Source: Octopus bimaculoides (taxonomy: Eukaryota). Taken from it: a stretch of DNA of 64,000 nt. The first letter of the stretch is position 1; each line of letters begins with the position of its first letter. Below the pieces are notes generated by a model that saw only the letters and a program-made list of their open reading frames with translations, ran no database searches and had not been told where the DNA came from. The position numbers were made by a program, and so were the translations under genes. Of the stretch, positions 52,968 to 64,000 are shown piece after piece. The DNA is taken from NCBI RefSeq assembly GCF_001194135.2, contig NC_068982.1, positions 168,992,985 to 169,056,984 on the forward strand, read 5' to 3'.

Positions 52968-55309
52968 TTAAAGCACATTTCCATTTTCGTCATAAACACA
53001 CATATTTATTTCCTATTTTCTTCACTACTCATACACACACATAGCTATTTCCTTTTTTTTTTTTCAACACTTATAAATACCCTATTTTTATCAATTTATC
53101 ATATGGCCTTTAATTTAGGAAATGTTCAATTTTCCTCTCTATTACAATGCTTACTCAACCTATTCCACTGCAATGTCTATTTCCCTCACATACAACATAA
53201 ATTCAGAAGTACCACATAATACCAACAAAGCTTAACTCTTACTGCTGCACCTATTTTGGCTATTACAAATCAATGCTTTCACTATTAATTCAAGCAGACA
53301 CTTATAAATAGTAACTAAAAACAATGCTTACATTCATAACTCTTTTCTCTACTTACAACTTAAAAACACAGTTAACAGTTGCATCTTTAAAACGTTTTTA
53401 CTTTTATTTTGCTTTTCAATATTTGTCTGGGAGAGCAACTAACTTCCTCTGCTAAATAACACTTGTGTTAACCTAAAGCATTATGACACACAACTGATGA
53501 CTTCATATACACTACTTTGCACACAAATACCATTACTCCACCACCAGCAACAACCTAAATATCTAACAATCAAGCCACTGCTTTTGTCTCATTTGTTTGC
53601 TTGGTTGATTGATTGATTATTGGTGTGTCTGCTCTTGTAAGTCAGAAACTACTGAAGCTAGAAAATCAACATTATTTATTAACGATTACTAAGTGAAAAA
53701 TGTTTTTCAAACTTTGCTATTTTAGTAAGTTATTTGCAAATTAAAAGTACACAGGCCAGTATTTGTCCAATAATGAAGTCTCATGGTGAAGTGTTCAACC
53801 AAAGCTTTATTTATACAACTGATAGCCAAAACCCCCAATATCAAACTTCTAGCCACCCTCTTCAGTACTGATTATTAGACCATAATATCAACATGACAGC
53901 AAATATGTAAAACACGCAACCTACAACAACATGAATGCTATATCTTGCTCTTCCTTTTATACTACATTTGACTGATAGCATCTTTTGTTTTTCAAACTCA
54001 TATCTATTACGGACAAGTTTTTTGCTTTTTCGTTTTTTAATTCATCTTGTTTGGACATGGACTAATTTTCAAACTCATCTGAGGATATAAAAGTTGGCTG
54101 CACTTGCACTCAAAGTTGGTTGCAATTATAGAAACCAGCTCATGTATATACTGAGATGCTAGAAAATAATGCCAAAATTCATAGAACCCAGGAAAGGGAG
54201 GAATGGTTTGGCAGGTGGCTAAGTGGTCAGGGTGTTGCAATTCCTGGATGGGGATGATAAGTTTTGTTCTTGAGCAAAACATCTCATTTCACATTGCTCT
54301 CTAGTGCTGTGTGGGAACCAGCATATCAAAGAATAGACCCGTTTCTTCTGCATGTTGTAAAATGCAACTAAAAGTGGTTGAGATAGGATTTGCACTCCGA
54401 CCCCATAAAACCCTCACCAGCAACCCAAAACAGATCCATGAGTTGAAGGGTCGTCGCCAGAATGGTGCAAAGTTGTCATCTGCTAGAAGTAGGGAATCAC
54501 CAACAAGTGAGGGATTCAGTAATGTGCTGTTAGAGCACATGCCCCCATACTACTACTACTACTAATGCTTAATTTTTTACTCAAACAAGACAAAATCAGT
54601 TGAGAGGCAGATCTAAGGGATAAAAAATTGAATGGAAGTTTGCTCTATTTTAATATTTGTTTTTCAATCTATGATAGCCAAGACACATTTTAACACTATT
54701 GTACAACACTACCAAGTAAAATAATGCTAGATGTGTGTGCGCGCACACACACACACACACCCTTGTTAAAATACAAATGCTATTTTTGTCATCCTCCATG
54801 AAAACATTCTAGCCAATACCATTTTAAAAGTGATTTGTATCTATGCAATATATAGAATGAACTGGCTTTGAGAAGAATGACCAAGTGACCTAGCAGCAAC
54901 TGCAGCAAAGTTGTACGTGTAGCATAAAGATAGGACATTGTATTTGATGATAACCAAATGTATTGTGGACAGGAGCTGTTATAATAGACAGAGAATCCTA
55001 TCTGGGTTGTTGAAGTAGAGATTACATTCAAGTTCTGTAGCATGCTAACAGCTTTGTAGTATCTAAAATCCAAAATATAGAAATATCTCAACTTTTTTTT
55101 TTATACCAACCAGCCTGAAACAGCTCCTGGCTCCAATACTGACTTCCTGTTTGAAAGTGATCTAAATTAGAATCTTCCATGAAAATTTCACATTAATTTG
55201 TTCAAAACACCAGGTTAATAATAACAACCAAGCTATTTTACTAAATTCTTCATTATTTTTCAAAATTAACTGAAACAAAGGCAGTGGAATTCAATGGAAA
55301 TATGATGAT

Positions 55310-55945
55310 CATCATCATCATCACTATTTAACGTCTGTTTTCCATGCTGACATGGGTTGGACAGTTTGACTGGAAACTGGTAATCTTATTTGGTATGGTT
55401 TCTATGGTTGTATGCTTTTCTAATGCCAACCACTCCAAGAGTGCAATGAATGGGTTTTATGTGTGACCAGGACATGTGCTTTTACATGCCACCAGCATGG
55501 GTGCCAGTTACACAAAACTGGCATCGGCCATGACTACGATCTCACTTGGCTTGACACGTGTTCTCAAACATGGTGTAGCGCCAAAGACCTCAGTCACTTG
55601 TCACTGCCTATGTGAGACCCCACATTCGAATGCTTTTTACGTGCCACTGGTATCGGCCAGGACTACGATTTCACTTGGACTGACAGGTCTTCTCAAGCAC
55701 GGCATATCACCCAACATTTGAGGTGGTCTTTATATGCCAGTTACACGACTATTTCATTTGGCTTGATGGGTCTTCTCAAGCATGGTATATAACCAAAGCT
55801 CTCATTCACTTGTCATTGCTGCCATGAGGCCTAACATTCAAAGATCATGCTTCCCCAGCTCAACCCATGTCTTCCTGGGTCTACCTCTTTGACAGGTTCC
55901 CTCCAGAGTTTGGTACTTCTTCCCACAGCTGTCCTCATCCATATG
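55310..55945 (-). mobile_element. RTE LINE 3' end (GRPRKTW motif plus repeat-containing 3' UTR)
   Basis: Minus strand GGTAGACCCAGGAAGACATGG encodes GRPRKTW. Three copies of GACTACGATxTCACTTGG... and a (GAT)n tail follow. Confidence 0.8.
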
Positions 55946-58628
55946 CATGAAAGGTTTTAAGTAGCTACATTGCCGGGACAAAAAAAAGTTCTCTGCTTGG
56001 ATCTGCTAAATAGTGAAGTTATGTTGTTGTCTACATTAGTGCAAGCCAGCTGAGCAGCATTTACAAATATTACCATTCACAGACATCATACTTGCCAATG
56101 TCATGATGTTAACAATACTTCAGTATTTGATTGATTACATTCCAACTGTTTACAAAAAGTGACATTCAAAGCTAACAATATTTATAGCTATTTACTTTCC
56201 TGTAGATCATAGTCATTTTCTGGGGTTGTGTTCTTAGGTTATTTTAGCAGTCTGATATATGAATAGAGTTATTCAGTTGAATAAGGTGTTGGGAGGAGAA
56301 GGACACTTTGTAACAACAGCTTCCTTGGATAAACTCTTTACAGTAAGACTACAGTTAGACTTGATAGAAATCATATATCTAAATTTTGTTTTAAGGTACA
56401 TTTTATTTCATTAGTATATTCTCGTACATTTCTCCTCCTCTCAAAAGATGTTTAGTCAACTTTCAAGTTCATAAAGAAAAGAAAATATGAATTACTCAAA
56501 AGATATTTTCACATGGATGTGGAAGAAGGATACATTACTTTTAGAGTTAAGATATTTTTGTTCATTTCATCAAGTGTAGCTATGACTTCTGTACAACTGT
56601 CATTAAAATGTGTCTGGAAAGTATTTATTCACACCCAAAAATGCATGTCTCGCAGTGGAGTAAAGCCATAGTCATACATGGTTTTTTTACCTCTGCATAA
56701 CCCAAGCTCCCTGCATCAAACTGGAAGCCATGTTTAATAATACTTATCACATTGGTTAAGTCACATGACACACCAAACATATAAAACATGAACTACAACA
56801 CCATTATTGCAAGAACAAGCAATAGGGTCTATATGTAAGAAAAAAATCAATTTCATGACAGAAGGTAATGGAAATAAGTTCATACACATAGGTACATTGC
56901 AGGGCAATGTATATTCAAATAATGACCACTAATATTTGTTAGAAGTGGTTGCTCACACTGAATATCAGTATACTTGCCTATTTTAGTGGTGCATGAAATA
57001 AACCCTCTTAAATTGAAGAATTGTTTAGTCTCAAGCCAACTAACTGAGCAAAGGCAAACCAGCCACATTATTCCTATCTCACTTTTTTTTTTTAAATTTT
57101 GTATCTAAGTCTAGAATATATAATGCTTCTTTTGTTTTTCAAATGAAAGGTGTGATCTGCTGCTATTTCATATAGGTCAAGTGAATATAAAGCTCCCACT
57201 TTGACTTAATGAAGACTTATGATAATCAAGTGTGTGTGTGTGTGAGAGAGAGAGAAAGAGACATATGAATTGTTATTTAGAAGTTACGTGAAATACTCCT
57301 AATGTAAAGCAAAAGGAAGTTCTAAGTAGTCAATAGCTTTCAGTTTGCTTTCATATTCTTTTACTACTATTATGGACTGTGCCATGCTGGAACATTGCCA
57401 TCATTTAAATTTTTGGTGGAATGGGAAATGTTTAAGCTGAAATGGAAACTAAATTAGCTACCTGACAGAAATTTGCACTCATCTATTCAGTTCTGGTAGA
57501 CTCATCAAATTCATGAACATCAAAAGTAAACCACAGATGAAGTTTATAGAGAACACAATACTCTATATGTGTATCAGCATTACAATAAAGGTCTACGTTC
57601 AGATTTTTAAAAATTAACATCATATATCAAGTATGTTCAAAGAGAAACTTGATGGGAGTTAAAAGTACATATTAAAAAAAGAAAGGGGGAGGAATAAGAG
57701 CAATTTAATAAACCAGCAGCTTAGGGGTTAAATCCTTCTGTCTATGTATGAAGAACTTATAGAAATTTGTAAAAACCCAGATGGTAGTTTAGCGTTAATA
57801 ATGAAGTGCAAAATTTACATAGCATATTGATTTAACACTTTTGATATCAACCCACCTGAAACAGCTCTTTGTAACAAGGTGATCTAAATTGAAGCTTTCC
57901 ATAAAAATATCAAAAATTCATGTTAATATGTTTCAAATCATTAAAGTTATTCTATACTTCATTATTTTCAAAATTAACTAAAACAAAGGCAATATATTTC
58001 AAAAGAAATAAGCGAAAGGGGTAATATATGTAAAAATACATCTAAAAAAGCAATTTAAAATGTACTTAGGAAGTTTCTACAGCAAGACTAAATATTTTGG
58101 CTACAGTCCAATGTCTGAGACCAGCAAAAAAAAAATATCAAAATTAATTTGTACACTATTGTAATTTCAATTAGCAAAGGAGAAAAAATTCTTTACATGT
58201 CTACTTCATCTGTTCACTCAACTCTTAAATCTACTTTATTTCATTATGTCTGCCTACCTTCATCTACCCTACAAGCATTATGAAAACCTCTCCCTCAGCG
58301 CTCCACATGTTCATTCATACCAACTATATAAAATAGTGGATATCTCTTATGGATGTCCTCAATTACTTTGAACTTAATCTCTCGCACATCCCAAATAACA
58401 CATATTCATTCCACTTTAGACATCTTGAGTCTCTTGGTGAAATTTCAAGAGATTCCAAATCATGCAGAAATTATAATTGCTATTTTCACATAAACTATCA
58501 AAATTCAAGCTATAATCTGACACTTTATATAGAAGAATTGACATCAATAATATTTTCTGTTTGTCATTCAATGCCTTAACATGAATACAAAGTTATTCAA
58601 ATAAAGACAACCTTCCTGCAAAGAATAT

Positions 58629-58665
<37 letters not shown>

Positions 58666-58735
58666 TGTAAGTTTAGAGGGAATACTTGATAAGTGTAAGC
58701 ACCTGTATATGCCAGATAGTGGCAGAGGTGAGAGA

Positions 58736-58821
58736 ATATATCAAACATAAATTAAAACCAAAACACAAAGGATTTCCCGCGATGTCCTTTGTGTTCTGGT
58801 TTTAATTTATGTTTGATATAT
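58736..58821. repeat. 37-bp near-perfect inverted repeat with a 12-nt loop
   Basis: 58736-58772 versus the reverse complement of 58785-58821: 36 of 37 positions identical. Confidence 0.95.
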
Positions 58822-59182
58822 ATATATTGTGTGAGTGTGTATTTATACATATCTTCTCAACTTAAGAATTTGTAAATCCTAAATATCTGCAACAATTAGC
58901 CTTTGCCTAATATTCATCTGTTGTGCATGTAATTAAGGAACTTTTACAAAGCACTCACTTCAAGAATCTTGCCACTTGCTATATTTATTTAATTTATAGA
59001 AATCAGGTTCAGTTTAACCACACTGCATTAAACATTAAGCAGGTTAGCTCAAAGCAGACAGACTTTACATGACAACTGCTTGACATTAAATACCACATCT
59101 GTTCATGCCTTGAAAACTGCTGTGCTGCTCAGCTAATTTCAACTAATTAGAGCTATTCAAATTAAACAACAACTGTACTCAT

Positions 59183-59510
59183 CTCACTCACCCACCTTTA
59201 TACATTCTATTCCTTCCTACACAATTTATAAACGCAACTATTCCTCTCTAAATGATCACAGATTCCAGTAATACCAAAAAAATGTTATAAAAATAAAATC
59301 CAAATTTTATTACATTTTTTTTTATTACTATCCATATTTTTTTTATTTCATTATATCACTAGTCTCACTCACCAAACTTTATACATTTCTACTGCTATAC
59401 AATTTATAAACAACTATTCCTGTCTAAACGATCACAAGTTCCAATTATACAAACTACAAAGTTAAAATAAAATCAAAATTTTCTTCATTTTTTTTTTTAT
59501 AACTATACAT
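59183..59510. repeat. Diverged tandem duplication, unit about 180 bp
   Basis: CTCACTCACC...TATACATT...AATTTATAAA(CG)CAACTATTCCTxTCTAAAxGATCACA...AAAATAAAATC...(T)n occurs twice. Confidence 0.85.
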
Positions 59511-62500
59511 TTTACTCTGTTTGCCAGAGTATGAGCTTCATTTTCAAGTGGGAAAGGAAAAACTTGTTTTCACAGGAGTGGAAGCTGCTTTTGTCAGTCA
59601 TGCAAACTACAGCACATGAAGCCCCAAACCATCCCTGATTTAATAAAGCTATGATCAAAAGTGCTCCTGCTTTGATCATCTTGTGTTTTCCTTTGCTTTG
59701 TTTTTTTTCCAGATATTGCATAACTAATACTACACTATTCAAGATAGTTGCAGACATTCTTTTTAAGATAGGAAGACATCTGGTTGCTCAACTTGCTATT
59801 GTATATAGAGAAGAATTATAAGCACAACAAAATGAACATCTTTTCTGCAAAACACTAAAGACCTATGAAACAAATCAAGGATATTATATAGTCCATATAT
59901 AGTTAGAAAATTTACACACTAGAAAATTTAATGAGAGAAAAACCTAGTGAAAGATGGCAGCTCTGCTGATTCAAACACTGAGGTAAAGAACCTAGCTATG
60001 GGTCTCCAAAACCAACATTTTTTTTCATTCAATTTGGGCAACTGGAGAATAGTAGCTGCTCCCAACTGATGTTTGGAATCATGATAAATGAAACCACTGG
60101 ACATTAGTTCACAATGTGTAGTCATTGATAAAATCAGAAGCCAATATTACCACCTTTATGAAAACAAGTCCTACCACTATCCTTATAGGAGACAAGGTCA
60201 CTCACAATGTCATCTTTTCTGTTACAATGCAAGAGAAGTTTCAGGTGTGAACAAGTCATAAATAAGTCATGTATCTCAAAACTTATATACCCACAGCTAA
60301 CCAAATGATTCAAAAATCAATATTATGAAACCTTTCATATAAATGCCACATTTACCAAAATTTGGTTGGTTTTCTAAATATTTTATTTATGACACAGATC
60401 ATTAACTGTGCAGCAACCTCAACCATAACAGAATTTTAAGCACTAAATAGTTTACACTGGCTGTACTAAATTAGATAGAAGAGGAAATACAAAATCTGCA
60501 AGATAATATAAACATAACCTATACACATTATGTTGTTAAATTTAGGTCTTCAAGGAGAAATTTCTTTAATTTCCAGAATTTCATAGAAAAAGTGTGTTAA
60601 GAAAATTATCATTGAACAATAAATATTCACAGGCCCTGTTAAGAAGCATTTTTTTAAAAAGGATTAATCATATCATTCAAGCTAAATTTGTATTTGTCTT
60701 ATAAAACAGATTTTTTTTATAGTTTAGTCTCAACAAAAGCATTCAAGCCACGAATATTCTCCATTCTGTATTTAGAGGGAAATGTAAGACTACATTGTCT
60801 AAGGCAAGTCCTATTTCTCACAAGTGGAGCAATCAGCTAGACTCCCTCATTAGCTGGTAATTTGTATAAGTGTATTTCCATGGTGTAGTAGGTTAGACAA
60901 AAAATACAAATAGAATCATTTACATAAATTGCTAGAGCAGTGTAACAACTGGCTGCTTTATTTTTAAAATTCCAAGCAATCTACCGTGAAGTAATAATGA
61001 ATCCTATTTTCCAGATAGCTTGACTAATAAACTCTTTTGATAGCAACCTGTTTGACTTATTACCATTACACTTGCCTTAAAAATTACACACTTAAAAGTC
61101 TTAATCAAAATCTCATTATTACGTAAATGATAATCCAGAATTTTTGTAGGTTAAAAAGTTCTATTACATTTGTGTACATGAATTTCTTTGTAACTTATAT
61201 TCTTCATACCAATTTAATACAATGACAAAAAAAATTATTTTACTAAATCCTCTCAAATTCTAACTTATTTTAAAAATAGAGAGATTAGAGTGTTTTCTCA
61301 TAAGAAAGTATAAAACAGTTAAATGCACAAACAGCAACAATACAAATCAAACCCCTGAACTTCAAATCAATAACACAATCTTATATTGATGGTTGTGTGA
61401 TCAAAGTAACTGACCAAAGTAATTAATAAACACACATACACCTGTTTGAGAGAGGTTAGAAATAGAGACCAAATCTCCAAAATCACAGATAAAATAGTTC
61501 CACATACCCTTCAAAAAAAAAAGGGATCCCCACAGCTGACCTAAGGCTAAACAAGCATTATTGTGGCTTTGACATGTCTGCAAAGTGCTTTTTCTTTCTT
61601 ATATTCAGTAATCTCTGAATAAATATTGTATTAAATATCCACCTTGACATCCTTACTACCACCAACCAGTTTCACATCACCTAAGACTTTTCAGTAAAAC
61701 TCTTTTCCTCTTCATATACCCAGAGGAGCCACAAGTATATATATATATATATATATATATAGATAGATAGATTCAGATGAATTAGGTACTTAGGTTGAGG
61801 TTTTAGGTAAAATTATACTAATATGTCCATCTGTTTTAATTTAATTCTGTCTTTATGCAGCTGAGGATTGCTCTGCATTTAAATTGATGTAATGATTGCA
61901 TTGTTCAATTAAATGGAGTTGCTTGAAACGATCATACTGCTTTACCTCTGGATATCCTTGTGGCTTATTTTGATTATATATATATTGACATATCTAAGTT
62001 ACATAAAAAAAAATAGGGACTATTGATCAAATAGTTAAGATTCAAACTTAACTAAAGTCATTTTGTTATAGACAAAGCAAACTTTGATTTTAATCAGCAC
62101 ACTTTTCATACATTTAGATGTTTATAAAAAAATTTTTAAAACATTTTTACATAAACAGACAAGCTACTAAAATATTAACCCAAAAGCTGAATCCCCATCA
62201 TATGGTTTCTCATCATTTAGTACCTGAATTCCAAGCTGGCATAAGTTGGATGATTTGACAAAATCCAGGTCAGAGGATTGTGGTGAGCTCCAGTGTCTGT
62301 TTTGCCATCGTTTCTATGGCTGGATGCCTTTCCTAATACCAATCACTTTACAGAGTGTATTGGGTACTTTTTCATGCTGCCAGCTCTACCGAGATCACAG
62401 AGTAGCCTGCAAGACAAGACTCCTTGATTGAGGGAATGTAATCCTGAGGGAGTTGGCTTATGTCAGACGTTGAGAGGCAAGAGTATGATAAAAAGGTAAG

Positions 62501-63512
62501 AAAAGGTGTCTTACTGTAGGGGAGCTACAGGGCTACTCCAGCCAGAAAAGGAAAGAGGATGGTGGTAAGAGTTGTCAGGACATATCCTCAAGGTACGTTT
62601 TGTATTTATATTCTTGCACACACAAATTTGTAGATGCAGAATGGCTAAATGGTTAAGTGCACTTTACAATTATGAAGTCCCAATTTCAATCCCACTATAT
62701 GGCATGCTGGATAAATGTCATCTATAAGTGTTAGCTCCTGCTAAACCGTTCAAACTCACGCCAGCATGGAAAGCGAACGTTAACTGATGATGATGATGAT
62801 ATACATACATACATACATACACACACATATACATACATACACAAATACATGACTTTCGACATAAGGAGTGCATGTACATATACAACACGGAGAAGTGTAT
62901 GCACTCAAGTTGTAGTTTGAAAATAGCAAGCTTTCTCACAATAACACGTCTTAAAGAAAATCTACAATGATGTTGAGAGGAAGAAACAAGAGACAAAAGG
63001 ATATATGTTTGTACATGCGTGAGAAAACGTGAATTATTACAATTGAGGCAAAGTAACAACATAACAAAGGGAAGTTCATTATGATGTAATAGCATTCTAA
63101 TAATAAAAAAAACAACTAACAAGCCCATATCTGAACTATCGACAGGATTATATATATATACAAACACACGATCTCCCTACCTACCCAATGAAACATTTGT
63201 AATCTCACAGAAGAATGCTCAAACTACCGCAAACCATTCTGTTCCATGACAATGTCACACGAGCTCATCACGACAGTCTTTGCATGTATGTGTGTATTTG
63301 TTTTCCAAGAGGAGAGAGCGTCTTTGTGTACTTAGCTGAAGTGCGTGCACATATGCATATATGAAGTACATTAAATCTCACAAGTTACCTGTAATTAATT
63401 TAATGTACATGGTGAACAAAGAGCTAGGCATGTCGTAAACGCACTTGGAAGAGTCATGAAACATGGGTTTCACATTATTTTCTTCGTGCGAATCATTACT
63501 AGACGATCACAC

Positions 63513-63600
63513 CATTTTAAAGCAATGCCGGTAACATCCCTAAAATCCGCCATAGCTACATTTGTTAAGGAAATCCAAAAATACTAAATATATCCGTTTG
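63513..63600 (-). promoter_or_regulatory. Candidate DHX15 5' end / first exon (ATGGCGG in a CpG-retaining region)
   Basis: gctATGGCGG at 63553 contains a YY1-like CCGCCAT core. MADFRDVTGIALK plus TG ends at a possible GTGTGA donor (41 nt, phase 2, the phase exon A needs). CpGs reappear from about 62.85 kb. Confidence 0.25.
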
Positions 63601-64000
63601 TTTTTAAAAAAATAAACCAACAAAATGAATTTCTCCAATGCAAATATATAGTAGTTAAAATTCGAATTAAATAAAAGCCAAACTTATCCTTCGACACAAT
63701 TTCCCCCCATTTCTAACGGGCATGAGGTAGTAAAAAATAAGTCAATTTCTGTCTATACTTAATGATTTTTACGAAATAACTTCGGAGTTTTAAAGCCAAA
63801 CTTTTTCTTCGATATCAACGGATGGATAGATATATCAGTGCCCCCACACACACACACATATGTATGAGATGGTGCAGTTGAGCTAAACGAAATAAGAGAG
63901 AGAGCAGCACTCAATTGCAGTAGCTTGTATAGAGTGATACTTAAAACTATGGTGGCAAAATTATGTAATTATGTTTACAAAACATACAGCAATTAGTCTT

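Noticed and set aside
54300-54545. ORFs on both strands including an LADD motif
   Set aside because: No flanking RT motifs; the stretch looks more like a non-coding 5' region of an RTE-like element than a gene.
59651-59679. ATGATCAAA/TTTGATCAT 9-bp hairpin
   Set aside because: It is short and AT-rich, with no boxes or other supporting context.
63723-63732. TGAGGTAGTA, matching the 5' half of let-7
   Set aside because: The match ends after 10 nt and no precursor hairpin is evident.

Overview
AT-rich, microsatellite-dense animal genomic DNA with small N gaps. The SINE, RTE-tail and TTAA-MITE families look like those of a cephalopod, probably Octopus (inference). The main content is one minus-strand gene, the spliceosomal DEAH helicase DHX15/Prp43. 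I assembled 12 GT-AG coding exons (46549 down to the stop at 16641) with consistent phases, giving about 718 codons. The first coding exon was not securely found; a candidate lies near 63.5 kb. The left 13 kb is a CpG-retaining transposon graveyard: mariner, pogo, hAT, a Penelope-like RT, a TIR element with SAP and SWIM-like coding remnants, a head-to-tail array of 7 SINEs and a Tx1/L1-like LINE. The most striking unexplained signal is a GC-rich module at the 3' end of the DHX15 intron at 25182-25330. It has a branch point followed by a hairpin, a competing alternative helix, an upstream acceptor that adds a premature stop, and three branch-like motifs exactly 21 nt apart. I propose it as a candidate autoregulatory splicing switch. 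Other candidates are a 21-nt microexon, a poison exon and a 37-bp fold-back hairpin.
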